Positions 54,345-64,000 of a stretch of DNA of 64,000 nucleotides are shown here, one piece after another (positions within the stretch are counted from its first letter, which is position 1; every line of letters begins with the position of its first letter). The stretch is from Prochlorococcus sp. AG-347-G22. Lineage in GTDB: Bacteria > Cyanobacteriota > Cyanobacteriia > PCC-6307 > Cyanobiaceae. The stretch lies in NCBI GenBank assembly GCA_003281635.1, contig QCBK01000004.1, forward strand, positions 5,614 through 69,613, read 5' to 3'. Both the position numbers and the translations under genes were made by a program. A model generated the notes under the pieces. The model was given only the letters and a program-made list of their open reading frames with translations, searched no databases and was not told the origin of the DNA.

Positions 54345-55307
54345 ATGTCAGATATAAAACAATTGATTTCTATTATTATTCCTGTTTACAACGAAAGTGA
54401 GAGTATTGGTTTTTTATTAGATGAAGTTATAAATGTAATGTCATTTCATGAATTTAATTTTGAATTGATTGTTGTGAATGATGGTTCTAAAGATAATACT
54501 TATCAAGTATTGAAAGAACTAACTCTCAAAATTAAAGAATTGTCAGTAATTTCCCTTCGCAAAAATTATGGGCAAACTGCAGCAATGTCAGCTGGCTTTG
54601 ATAATTCTAAAGGAGATATTATTATTACTTTGGATGGTGATTTACAGAATGATCCAAATGATATTCCTACATTAATTTCAGAAATCAATGATGGTTATGA
54701 TTTGATTTGTGGGTGGAGGTTTGATAGAAAAGATAAATTAATCAATAGAAAGATACCATCAAAAATAGCGAATAAATTAATAGCTCAAGTAACTGGTTTA
54801 AAATTGCATGACTATGGATGCTCCTTAAAAGCTTTTAGGAAGGAAATCATAGATGATATTAAATTGTATGGTGAACTTCACAGGTTTCTGCCAGTGTTAG
54901 CAAATATTGAAGGTGCAAGAATCAAAGAAATTAAAGTAAATCATAGAAGCAGGCAATATGGATCTAGTAAATATGGAATTGATAGAACTTTTAGAGTTTT
55001 AATGGATTTATTAACTGTTTGGTTTATGACTAAATTTTTAACAAGACCAATGTATGGATTTGGTTTTGTTGGAATTATAAGTATTTTTATTAGCCTTGCG
55101 ATGAGTTCTTATTTGACAGTTTTAAAAATAATTGGTGAGGATATTGGAAATCGTCCGTTGTTAATCTTTGCATTAATATTAGGAATTGCTGGTGTTCAAT
55201 TATTTAGCTTTGGATTATTGAGCGAACTTTTAATTAGGACATATCATGAAAGTCAAGGTCGTCCAATTTACAGAATTAGATCAATAAGCAGTGCTAATCA
55301 AAACTGA
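54345..55307 (+). CDS. GT2 glycosyltransferase (ArnC/GtrB-like polyprenol-phosphate type)
   Basis: IIPVYNE, VNDGSKD, RKNYGQTAA, LDGDLQNDP, two C-terminal TM segments. Confidence 0.9.
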   Translation: MSDIKQLISIIIPVYNESESIGFLLDEVINVMSFHEFNFELIVVNDGSKDNTYQVLKELTLKIKELSVISLRKNYGQTAAMSAGFDNSKGDIIITLDGDLQNDPNDIPTLISEINDGYDLICGWRFDRKDKLINRKIPSKIANKLIAQVTGLKLHDYGCSLKAFRKEIIDDIKLYGELHRFLPVLANIEGARIKEIKVNHRSRQYGSSKYGIDRTFRVLMDLLTVWFMTKFLTRPMYGFGFVGIISIFISLAMSSYLTVLKIIGEDIGNRPLLIFALILGIAGVQLFSFGLLSELLIRTYHESQGRPIYRIRSISSANQN

Positions 55308-55311
55308 TTGT

Positions 55312-55693
55312 TTACTTGAACTTTATTATTAATAAAGCTGAAATTTCAACGATTTCAGGAGAAATATCTCTTAAGCCTTTTCGTAAAATTGGTAATGTTG
55401 ATTTATCAGCCAATTCTTCCGCAATTTTTAACGCCTTTAATTTATTTTCTTTATTACCCTGGAAAAGACTAAACATTTTATTTCTTTGAGAATTTTTATA
55501 AAATACTGAATACTTTTTTTTCTTCGTGATTGTATAAAAAACTATTTTTATTAAATGAATATTTATTATTTTTGTTTAATTTAATAGAATAAAAGTTGTT
55601 CTTATTTATATAGTTTTTAAAGCTTCTTTTTTTTAAAACTAGAAGTAATATTCCTACGAAAATAATAATTATAATTGCGAAAAAATTTAACAT
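55312..55693 (-). pseudogene. Frameshifted membrane-anchored HEAT-repeat-like protein
   Basis: The 65-aa ORF continues in the +1 frame (...KYSVFYKNSQRNKMFSLFQG...LADKSTLPILRKGLRDISPEIVEISA...FK*) if one A of the A8 run (55514-55521) is removed. Confidence 0.65.
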
Positions 55694-55785
55694 GTAAAAA
55701 GTTAATAATTTTTATATCATACAGTAATAAAATTAACACTATTTCGCAGATAAATACTAAAGTATTTAAAGATGTTTAAAGAACT

Positions 55786-55899
55786 ATGCCATCTGATTTA
55801 CCAAGTCTTTTACCCTCAATTTTTGTTCCATTAATCGGTATAGCAATGCCTGCTGTTTTTATCGTATTGATTGGAAGATTAATTACAGCAACTGAATAA
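55786..55899 (+). CDS. psaI: Photosystem I subunit VIII PsaI (not in the ORF track)
   Basis: Manual translation MPSDLPSLLPSIFVPLIGIAMPAVFIVLIGRLITATE; directly upstream of psaL. Confidence 0.93.
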   Translation: MPSDLPSLLPSIFVPLIGIAMPAVFIVLIGRLITATE

Positions 55900-55926
55900 A
55901 TTATCAAACACTAAACTATTAAAAAA

Positions 55927-56526
55927 ATGAGCGACTTTCAAAAATCATTCTCAGAATCAACAAGTTCTATCAAGTTTGATGAGAAATACATAGATACTTC
56001 TGTACAACCAAATGATATTGGCGTAGCAGAACAATGGGCAGTTAAAACAGTTGCTGATCCTTGTGTTGGTAATTTAGCAACTCCAGTTAATAGTGGTTAT
56101 TTTACAAAAGCCTTTATAAATAATTTACCTTTTTACAGAGAAGGTATTTCTCCTAATTTTAGAGGTTTAGAAACTGGAGCTGCTTTTGGATATCTTCTAT
56201 ACGGACCTTTCACTATGACTGGCCCATTAAGAAATTCTGAATTTGCTCTAACAGCTGGACTTCTCGCTACTATTGGAGCTGTACATATTTTGACAGCACT
56301 TTTTGTTCTATACAATGCACCTGGTAAAGCACCTAATGTTCAACCTCCAGATGCCACTGTTAATAACCCGCCAAAGGACTTATTTACAAGAGCTGGTTGG
56401 GCTGATTTTACAAGTGGATTTTGGTTAGGAGGCTGTGGAGGAGCTGTTTTTGCTTGGCTACTTGTTGGGACATTACACTTAGATACCATAATGCCAATTA
56501 TTAAAAATATTTGGACTGCTGGTTAA
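55927..56526 (+). CDS. psaL: Photosystem I subunit XI PsaL
   Basis: [37 protein letters not shown]. Confidence 0.96.
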   Translation: MSDFQKSFSESTSSIKFDEKYIDTSVQPNDIGVAEQWAVKTVADPCVGNLATPVNSGYFTKAFINNLPFYREGISPNFRGLETGAAFGYLLYGPFTMTGPLRNSEFALTAGLLATIGAVHILTALFVLYNAPGKAPNVQPPDATVNNPPKDLFTRAGWADFTSGFWLGGCGGAVFAWLLVGTLHLDTIMPIIKNIWTAG

Positions 56527-56590
56527 TTCCTAAATAAAAGAATAAGAGATATTTAAATTTAATTTAAAATTAAAAGCTGAGATTTTTTAA

Positions 56591-57346
56591 TTAACGTATA
56601 GTTCTGTCCCATCTATAATTTCTAACTACTCGCCCTGCCGAAATTAGTTTAGATTTATAATGAAATGAGATTTTGTCATTAGACTGTTTTAGGGTATCTA
56701 ATCCTATCCCATTTCTGCCAAACTCCTTTCCAGAGCTATGGTAATACAATCCATCTCCCTTATAGATTCCAATATGATCACATTTTTCTTCATTTCCAAA
56801 AAATAGAAGATCTCCAGGTCTCAGAGTCGCATAAGATTCTTTGTAATAAAAAAGGTGTTTACAAAAACTTTTTATTTGAAAAGAGTCTCGAGGTATATGA
56901 ATTTGATGCTTTAAAAAAGCAGTCTGAATTAATCCAGAGCAATCAAAATTGGGTCCTAATGTTCCTCCCCAAAGGTATTCATTATTTAACTCAGATTGAT
57001 CCTTGATCCATTTTAAAATTAAGTTAACTTTATCTTTTATAAAGAAGTGTTCATTTTCTAAACTGTTATTTTTTTTGAATTCGTATTTCTCAATAATTAA
57101 TCCATCTAAATTAATCCAACAGACATAACCATCTTCATATAGTTGAACTAGTATTCTTGAAAATTTATGGTTTTGATAAATATTTGGATAAATAAGCCTA
57201 AAAATTCTATTTTTAAATATTTCAGTAACTAATTTATCTTCTGTTTCATTTTGATATCCCGAAATATTAACTTTTAATTTCCACCAAATAGTTTTTGAAA
57301 AATTAGTTTGTTTTAATAGTGAGATAGGATTTTTATAATTTTCCAT
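56591..57346 (-). CDS. NlpC/P60 (C40) peptidase
   Basis: YLWGG, FDCSGL, IPRDS, PGDLLFF, HIGIY. Confidence 0.9.
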   Translation of the reverse strand: MENYKNPISLLKQTNFSKTIWWKLKVNISGYQNETEDKLVTEIFKNRIFRLIYPNIYQNHKFSRILVQLYEDGYVCWINLDGLIIEKYEFKKNNSLENEHFFIKDKVNLILKWIKDQSELNNEYLWGGTLGPNFDCSGLIQTAFLKHQIHIPRDSFQIKSFCKHLFYYKESYATLRPGDLLFFGNEEKCDHIGIYKGDGLYYHSSGKEFGRNGIGLDTLKQSNDKISFHYKSKLISAGRVVRNYRWDRTIR

Positions 57347-57349
57347 ACA

Positions 57350-58252
57350 ATGTCCTTTTACTATTTAAGTGAAGAGATGGGTCTAGCCTTAAATGATATT
57401 TTAGGGAGAGTATGCTCTTATAATAAAAATTTTTCAAAAGAAGATATTGCCATAACTTGGATTAATTATAAAAGTAGAAATAAAAGTGTATTTAAAGGTT
57501 TTGGCACTGGCATAAATAATAAAAAAATGGTTTACCCTGCCAGCATAGTCAAGTTGGTTTATGGTCTTGCTACATATCATTGGATTAAAAAAGGAAGTTT
57601 ATTATTATCGGATGAAATTATTGATGCTGTAAGGAAAATGTTATCTTTCTCAAGTAATAATGCAACAAGCTTCTTAATTGATTTACTTACTGGAACAACA
57701 AGTGGACCTTGTATTGAGGGTGAATCATGGGAAAAGTGGAAATATCAAAGAAGTATAATAAACGATTGGCTACATGATTTACATTGGGAGGAATTGAGTG
57801 GTTTAAATTGCTGTCAGAAGACCTGGGATGATGGACCATTTGGTCGTGAAAAAGAATTTTATGGTCATAATAATAAAAATAGAAACGCTATGAATTCTGA
57901 TTCGGCTGCAAGGGTCTTGGAGGAAATTATGATTCATATTGATTATCAAAAAAATGATTTAAATTTACGAAGTTTTTTAAAAAGAAATTTAGATAAAGTA
58001 GTTCTTGAAAACGATTCTCTTAATCAAATAGATGGTTTTTTGGGTGCTGGCTTACCAGAAAGCATTAATCTTTGGAGTAAAGCAGGCATAATGTCAGAAG
58101 TTAGACATGATTCTGCTTGGTGGACTAATAGTCAATCCCTACACACTTTATTAGTTGTTTTTTGTGTTGGTGAAAAATATTCTAAAGATTCTTCTTTCTT
58201 ACCATTAATATCAAAAGAAGTATATGAATTTAATAAAAAATATACTATTTAG
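57350..58252 (+). CDS. Serine hydrolase, class A beta-lactamase-like
   Basis: PASIVKL (SxxK), SSNNAT (SxN), WSKAG, RHDSA. Confidence 0.88.
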   Translation: MSFYYLSEEMGLALNDILGRVCSYNKNFSKEDIAITWINYKSRNKSVFKGFGTGINNKKMVYPASIVKLVYGLATYHWIKKGSLLLSDEIIDAVRKMLSFSSNNATSFLIDLLTGTTSGPCIEGESWEKWKYQRSIINDWLHDLHWEELSGLNCCQKTWDDGPFGREKEFYGHNNKNRNAMNSDSAARVLEEIMIHIDYQKNDLNLRSFLKRNLDKVVLENDSLNQIDGFLGAGLPESINLWSKAGIMSEVRHDSAWWTNSQSLHTLLVVFCVGEKYSKDSSFLPLISKEVYEFNKKYTI

Positions 58253-58254
58253 GA

Positions 58255-58467
58255 CTAAATTGAATCTTCTAAGAAATTAGAATCTAATCTGTCAGTATAT
58301 GCTTCATAAGGCAACATCATTACTTCTTCAAAATCTAAATCATTCATAATCCATTCTCTATATTCAGCTAATAAACTTTTTCTATCTTCATTATCTAATT
58401 CATAAATACGCAATGCTGTATCTTTAAAATTTTCTTTAATTAAATTTTCAATTTCTTTCTTCTTCAT
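58255..58467 (-). CDS. Small hypothetical protein
   Basis: 70-aa ORF 1 bp downstream of the resolvase-like gene, same strand. Confidence 0.55.
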   Translation of the reverse strand: MKKKEIENLIKENFKDTALRIYELDNEDRKSLLAEYREWIMNDLDFEEVMMLPYEAYTDRLDSNFLEDSI

Positions 58468-58468
58468 T

Positions 58469-59092
58469 TTATGTTAGTTCTCCTTCCAAAATTACTCTTC
58501 TTATTGTTGATAACGCAATTCCTGTTTGTGATCTGATTGATCGATAAGAATATCCTTCATTACGCAATCTGATTACTAAAGATTCTTTTAGGGGACTAAT
58601 TTTGGGCCTTCCTCCCAAATTATTTCCAGATAATTTTCTGCGTAATAATTGTTCTTTTTTTCTTTCACCTAAACTTTTGACTTCTAAATTATCTAATTCA
58701 TGTAAAATCTTAAAAATTGAAGAATTTGCATTAGAAGATTCATTAGCAGCAAAAAAACCAGTCAAAGTTCGCAATTGAATATCCTTATTAATAAGTTTAT
58801 TTATTGTTATCAAACATTCTTTTTTATTTTTAAATGCTCGATCAAGCTGAGTTATTATTAATTGATCGCCTTTTGATAAGGAATTTATAGCTTTATTGAG
58901 TTGGGGTTTGATTTCTTCATCTAAACTTATAAATTCAGAGAACACTAAACTGCAACCCTCGTCCTTCAAAATTTTTATTTGCTCTTCTAAATATTCATAT
59001 TCCTTATTAGTAGCTCTAGCATAACCTATTGCTTTAGAGTTTTTACTTTTTTCCGATAATAAAATACGTTTTCTTTTAAATTTAAAAGTCAA
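58469..59092 (-). CDS. Serine resolvase/invertase-family protein with C-terminal HTH (catalytic motif altered)
   Basis: IGYARAT, RPQ-like IKPQL, GDQLIITQLDR, GGRPK, HTH YSYRSIRSQTGIALSTIRR. Confidence 0.85.
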   Translation of the reverse strand: MTFKFKRKRILLSEKSKNSKAIGYARATNKEYEYLEEQIKILKDEGCSLVFSEFISLDEEIKPQLNKAINSLSKGDQLIITQLDRAFKNKKECLITINKLINKDIQLRTLTGFFAANESSNANSSIFKILHELDNLEVKSLGERKKEQLLRRKLSGNNLGGRPKISPLKESLVIRLRNEGYSYRSIRSQTGIALSTIRRVILEGELT

Positions 59093-59240
59093 TGTTTTAT
59101 TACATATATTTTTTACTGTATCAAAAAATAATTAAAAAAACACTTTTTAGTACAATAAGGTTAAATTATAGATAACTTCTAAGCTTTATTTTTAAGATAA
59201 GTACGTTCTGATATCTGTATTAAAAATAACGTTATGAAAT
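59093..59240. promoter_or_regulatory. Res-like inverted-repeat sites upstream of the resolvase-like gene
   Basis: TGTATCAAAAA(59117)...TTTTTAGTACA(59144); CGTTCTGATAT(59204), TGTATTAAAAA(59216), CGTTATGAAAT(59230). Confidence 0.45.
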
Positions 59241-59435
59241 CTGATTTAATTTTAGTTAATGAAACAAGAATGATGTGTAACACGTAAATTTCATTAAGAT
59301 TTTCTAAATTGCAGAAGGGTCAGTTGAATTCATTTATTTTTTTACTTCTGTTGAATGAGCTTCGTCTTTGAAATTATAAATAGTTAATTCAGCTTGTTTT
59401 TAGTAAAATAAAATTACAGGTCAAGAAGGTTTAAT

Positions 59436-60329
59436 GTGAATCATAATCCTAATAGTTTAATTTCAAAACCTGAATGGTTAAGGGTCAAAGCTCCACAGGT
59501 TGAGCGAATTGGTAATACTGCAAATTTATTAAATGATTTAAATCTCAACACCGTATGTCAAGAAGCAAGCTGTCCAAATATCGGTGAATGTTTTGCTAGT
59601 GGAACTGCAACTTTCCTCATAATGGGTCCTGGGTGCACTAGGGCATGTCCATATTGCGATATTGATTTTGATAGATCTAAGAGAGACTTAGACCCAACTG
59701 AACCATATCGTTTAGCCGAAGCTGTTTTTAGATTGAAGCTTAAGCATGTTGTAATAACATCAGTTAATAGAGACGATCTTGAGGATGGTGGCGCATCTCA
59801 ATTTTTTCAATGTGTTCATAAAATAAGAGAAAAATCTCCTGAAACTACTATTGAGCTTCTAATACCTGATCTTTGTGGTAACTGGAAAGCGCTTGAAAAA
59901 GTTCTTGATTCAAATCCAAACGTTTTAAACCACAATATTGAGACTGTGTCTTCCTTATATAAAAAAGTGAGACCTCAAGGCAAATATGAAAGAACTCTTG
60001 AGTTGCTTAAAAGAACCAGAGACTATTCTCCCAAAATTTATACAAAGTCAGGCTTCATGCTTGGTTTAGGGGAAAAAGACGAGGAGGTCTTAAGTCTGCT
60101 TAAGGATTTAAAAAGTAATTCCGTTGATATTGTTACTATTGGCCAATATTTATCACCTGGTCCTAATCATTTACCTGTTAAAAGATTTGTAAGTCCTTCA
60201 AAATTTAACTACTTTAAAGCATTCGGGGAAAAAGATTTAGACTTCATGCAAGTAGTTAGTTCTCCTTTAACTCGAAGTAGCTACCATGCTGAAGAGATTC
60301 AAAAACTTATGAAAAAGTATCCAAGATAG
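59436..60329 (+). CDS. lipA: Lipoyl synthase
   Basis: [39 protein letters not shown]. Confidence 0.97.
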   Translation: MNHNPNSLISKPEWLRVKAPQVERIGNTANLLNDLNLNTVCQEASCPNIGECFASGTATFLIMGPGCTRACPYCDIDFDRSKRDLDPTEPYRLAEAVFRLKLKHVVITSVNRDDLEDGGASQFFQCVHKIREKSPETTIELLIPDLCGNWKALEKVLDSNPNVLNHNIETVSSLYKKVRPQGKYERTLELLKRTRDYSPKIYTKSGFMLGLGEKDEEVLSLLKDLKSNSVDIVTIGQYLSPGPNHLPVKRFVSPSKFNYFKAFGEKDLDFMQVVSSPLTRSSYHAEEIQKLMKKYPR

Positions 60330-60335
60330 TTATAT

Positions 60336-60629
60336 TTATTTATTTGGATCTACCCACTCATTTAATTTCCATTCAACTAGATTATTTTTAATCATTGGAT
60401 CATTCTTAATTATTTTCAGTGCATTTCTATAATTATTCATCTCAAGAATAAGTAATCCGCCGTCACCTGGCCTATTTAACTCATCTACCAAAAAGCCACT
60501 TTTTATATTAATCCCCTCTTTTTTTAATTTTTTTACCCAATCAATATGTTCGTTAATTATTTTTCTTTTTAAGTCATTATTAATCAAGTATTCTTTTTTT
60601 ATAATTTCAGTTTTTACAAAGAAAGGCAT
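60336..60629 (-). CDS. YciI family protein
   Basis: HIDWV, SGFLVD, GDGGLLI, NDPM. Confidence 0.75.
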   Translation of the reverse strand: MPFFVKTEIIKKEYLINNDLKRKIINEHIDWVKKLKKEGINIKSGFLVDELNRPGDGGLLILEMNNYRNALKIIKNDPMIKNNLVEWKLNEWVDPNK

Positions 60630-63600
60630 TTACATTTTTTTTATACCAAGCATCTCTTCTTCGCTTGGGGGAACAATCAATTTGAAAGTACTCTTGAAAT
60701 GAGACCAATTTTCAATTATTTTGGCAGCCTTTAAGCTATTTGTTTTTGCTTGATATTCTCTAATAATTTCCAATAAGATATTTTCCTGCTTTGATGAAGT
60801 TATTTGATGAATGCTTACTATTTCTTTATTTACTTTATTACTTAAATCATTATTTTCATCGATTATAAAAGCTATTCCACCAGTCATGCCTGCACCAATA
60901 TTCCTTCCTGTGGAACCTAGAATAACAACTTTCCCACCAGTCATGTATTCACAACAATGATCACCTGCTCCTTCTGTTACCGCTGTAGCACCACTATTTC
61001 TAACCGCAAATCTTTCTCCCGATTTTCCTAATGCAAATAATTTTCCACCTGTTGCTCCATAAAGACAAGTATTTCCTAGGATGACTTGTTCGGAGGAGAT
61101 TGCATTTATTTTTGGTGGAATTATTGTGAGTATTCCTCCATTCATTCCTTTACAAACATAATCATTAGCTTCTCCGATTAATTGAACATTCATTCCTTTC
61201 AATAAAAAGGCACCAAAGCTTTGTCCTGCATATCCTTTGAAATTTAAGTTGAGTTTGCCATTGAAGCCTGTATTGCCGTGAAGTTCTGCGATTTCGCCTG
61301 ATATTTTCGCACAAACACTTCTATCTGTATTTTTTATCTCAATTTCTTTGGTTAATATTTTGTGATTTTTAATTGAATCTATAAATTTAGTGTCAGATAA
61401 AAACTCGTCTTCTAATACAGAACCATTACTATGGGCAGTTTTTAAGTGTTTTAACCATGATCTATCAGGGGTTGGGTGTTCATTTACTAAAGAAGAAAGA
61501 TCAATATTAGAAGTTTTTGGAAGATCGATATTTCTTGCAGAAAGAAATTCTTGATTACCAATCAGTTCTTCCATATTAGAGACACCGATACTACTCATTA
61601 TCTGTCTGACTTCTTCAGCAATGTACAAGAAAAAATTGACGACATTTTCTGGAATACCTTTAAATCTTTTTCTTAATTCTTCTTTTTGAGTGGCAACTCC
61701 AACAGGACACTTGTTTGTATGACAAACCCGAGCCATTATGCATCCTTCAGCAATCATCGCTACAGAACCAAAACCGTATTCTTCAGCACCTAGTAATGCT
61801 GCAATAACTACGTCCCAGCCTGTTTTAAGACCTCCATCAGTTCTCAAAATTACTCTTTCGCGTAAGTTATTCTCTAAGAGAGATTTATGAACCTCAGCAA
61901 CACCAAGTTCCCATGGTAAACCTGCATGTTTAATAGAACTCAGGGGTGAAGCACCTGTACCTCCGTCATGGCCTGATATTTGAATTACATCTGCATTAGC
62001 TTTGCTTACTCCAGCAGCAATAGTGCCTATACCAATTTCAGAAACAAGTTTAACGCTTACTTTCGCTTTTGGATGAACTTGGTGTAAGTCGTGGATAAGT
62101 TGAGCTAAATCTTCAATTGAATAAATATCATGATGCGGGGGAGGAGATATTAAAGCTACTCCAGGTTTACTATTTCTTAGTTTTGCAATGTAAGAATCTA
62201 CTTTTGGACCAGGTAATTGTCCCCCCTCTCCGGGTTTTGCACCTTGAGCCATTTTAATTTCGAGTTGTTTACCACTTCTTAGATATTCAGGTGTAACTCC
62301 AAATCTTCCTGATGCTATTTGTTTAATAGCAGAGCATGCGGTGTCTCCATTCTTTAAGCCTTTAATAAATGGCAATGTCGCTGACTGAGTATTTTCATCG
62401 ATATCATTTAAAAAATTAAAACGAGCTGGATCTTCTCCCCCTTCTCCACTATTACTTTTTCCACCAATTCTATTCATTGCAACTGCTAAAACTTCATGCG
62501 CTTCTCTGGATAAAGCACCTAAACTCATTCCTCCAGTACAGAACCTTTTGCAAATTGATTCAACACTTTCAACTTCCTCTAATGGAATACTTTTTCTTTT
62601 TGAATTAATTGTTAGTAAATCTCTAAGAGATGTTGTTGGTCTATTACTGATAAGTTTTTTGTAAGTTTCAAAATGGTCGTATCCTGGTCCTTGTTTTACT
62701 GCCGAATGTAAAACTTTGGACATCTCAGGGTTATTGGAATGATATTCTCCATTATTTCTAAATTGTACAAATCCTAAAAATTCTAATTTCTTCAAATCGA
62801 TCTCTGGATAGGCTTTCGTATGTATTGAAAGTGTTTCATTAGTTAATTCTTTTAATGTTATGCCTGCGATACGACTTGTTGTACCATCAAAAGCAATTTT
62901 TATTAAGTCAGATCCAAGGCCTACAGCTTCAAAAATTTGTGCACCATGGTAACTAGATAAAAGTGAGATGCCTATTTTTGAGAGAATTTTTCGCAGACCG
63001 TCTTCTAGAGCTTTTTTAATATTTTCTTGAACATTAACTATTGATAATGGATTTATTTTTTTGCTATCAATGAGTTTTTGTGTTTTTGGATGTTTTAACC
63101 AGTGTCTACCTGCTTCGAAGGTCAACCAAGGGCAAACTGCACTTGCTCCATATCCAATTAAACATGCTAAGTGATGTGTACTCCAACATTGACCGGTCTC
63201 AATTATTAGAGAAGCTTTTAGCCTGATTTCTTTTTTAAGAAGATAATGATGAATTGCTCCAACAGCAAGTAAAGGAGGTATAAAAGTCTTTTTAGGATTA
63301 ATTCCCTTATCAGAAATAATAATTAAAGAGCAACCCTCTTTTATAGACAGCTCACTCTGTTTGCAGATTAGTTTTAATTGGTTCTCTAAGCCTTGAATAC
63401 CTTCCTCTAAATCAAACAAACTTGAAATTGTCTGAGATTTAATTTTTGATTTTTTGATGGAAATGAGATCTTCCTCATTTAGAATCGGACTTTGTAAATG
63501 AATAAAAGATTTAGCATCTTTGATTTCAAATGGTGTACATCTTTCTCCTAGATGCATCTCTAAACTCATTACAAGTTTTTCTCTCAGAGGGTCAATAGGA

Positions 63601-64000
63601 GGATTAGTAACTTGCGCAAATCTTTGCTTAAAGTAGTCGTATAAAATATGTGGCTTAGATGAAAGAACTGCTAATGGGATGTCGTCGCCCATGCAATAAG
63701 TAGGCTCTTTAGCTAATGAAGCCATTGAATCTAAGATAAGGTCATTATCTTCAGCTGAAAACCCGTATGCAGTTTGTTGTTGCAACAACTCAAGGTCTTT
63801 TAGTTTGCAGTCTTTAACCCATTCATTATTTTCAATTTTTATAGTTCTATTACTGAGAAGATTTTTATAATCATGCCTTTGAGCGGCTTCAGATTTTACT
63901 TCCCAATTTCTTAGGATTCTATTCTGATGAAAATCAACTGCCAACATTTGTCCCGGTCCTAATCGACCTTTTTCTATTACTCTTTCCTCATCAAGATCCA
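60630..64000 (-). CDS. glsF: Ferredoxin-dependent glutamate synthase (5' end lies outside the window)
   Basis: FAQVTNPPID, QGAKPGEGGQL, CIMARVCHTNKC, GERFAVRNSG; frame stays open to the window edge (KGRLGPGQML). Confidence 0.96.
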   Translation of the reverse strand, partial: DLDEERVIEKGRLGPGQMLAVDFHQNRILRNWEVKSEAAQRHDYKNLLSNRTIKIENNEWVKDCKLKDLELLQQQTAYGFSAEDNDLILDSMASLAKEPTYCMGDDIPLAVLSSKPHILYDYFKQRFAQVTNPPIDPLREKLVMSLEMHLGERCTPFEIKDAKSFIHLQSPILNEEDLISIKKSKIKSQTISSLFDLEEGIQGLENQLKLICKQSELSIKEGCSLIIISDKGINPKKTFIPPLLAVGAIHHYLLKKEIRLKASLIIETGQCWSTHHLACLIGYGASAVCPWLTFEAGRHWLKHPKTQKLIDSKKINPLSIVNVQENIKKALEDGLRKILSKIGISLLSSYHGAQIFEAVGLGSDLIKIAFDGTTSRIAGITLKELTNETLSIHTKAYPEIDLKKLEFLGFVQFRNNGEYHSNNPEMSKVLHSAVKQGPGYDHFETYKKLISNRPTTSLRDLLTINSKRKSIPLEEVESVESICKRFCTGGMSLGALSREAHEVLAVAMNRIGGKSNSGEGGEDPARFNFLNDIDENTQSATLPFIKGLKNGDTACSAIKQIASGRFGVTPEYLRSGKQLEIKMAQGAKPGEGGQLPGPKVDSYIAKLRNSKPGVALISPPPHHDIYSIEDLAQLIHDLHQVHPKAKVSVKLVSEIGIGTIAAGVSKANADVIQISGHDGGTGASPLSSIKHAGLPWELGVAEVHKSLLENNLRERVILRTDGGLKTGWDVVIAALLGAEEYGFGSVAMIAEGCIMARVCHTNKCPVGVATQKEELRKRFKGIPENVVNFFLYIAEEVRQIMSSIGVSNMEELIGNQEFLSARNIDLPKTSNIDLSSLVNEHPTPDRSWLKHLKTAHSNGSVLEDEFLSDTKFIDSIKNHKILTKEIEIKNTDRSVCAKISGEIAELHGNTGFNGKLNLNFKGYAGQSFGAFLLKGMNVQLIGEANDYVCKGMNGGILTIIPPKINAISSEQVILGNTCLYGATGGKLFALGKSGERFAVRNSGATAVTEGAGDHCCEYMTGGKVVILGSTGRNIGAGMTGGIAFIIDENNDLSNKVNKEIVSIHQITSSKQENILLEIIREYQAKTNSLKAAKIIENWSHFKSTFKLIVPPSEEEMLGIKKM

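Noticed and set aside
673-56315. Numerous 60-125-aa antisense or alternative-frame ORFs inside core genes
   Set aside because: These are shadow ORFs with no recognisable motifs, fully overlapping well-supported genes.

Overview
AT-rich, densely coding cyanobacterial chromosome segment. Gene order and protein sequences fit a high-light Prochlorococcus (inference). It is mostly core genome: mrp-rodA-histidine kinase-psaD-trpE-gshA-ppc, recF, speD, cobO, moeB, crtD, tyrA, recA with a LexA box, ldpA, ndhN, the rplC...rpmE-prfA ribosomal protein supercluster, alr, cbiG/cobJ, psaAB, psaI/L, lipA and partial glsF, plus three tRNAs (Arg-CCG, Gln-TTG, Ser-GCT). The one accessory feature is a 3.4-kb integrase-less mini-island at the 3' end of tRNA-Ser(GCT) (43239-46629). 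It is bounded by a perfect 16-bp att-like duplication. Both ends carry exactly 10-bp-phased GTTC arrays and GGTGGGTA-type boxes, and a nested 43-bp palindromic direct repeat brackets the cargo. The cargo is a translationally coupled 4-gene sulfation operon: a membrane-anchored arylsulfotransferase, two small membrane proteins and a PAPS-dependent sulfotransferase. Other oddities are a serine resolvase lacking the catalytic Ser next to res-like repeats, a homopolymer-frameshifted gene, a Cys-free L36, and structured RNA leaders.
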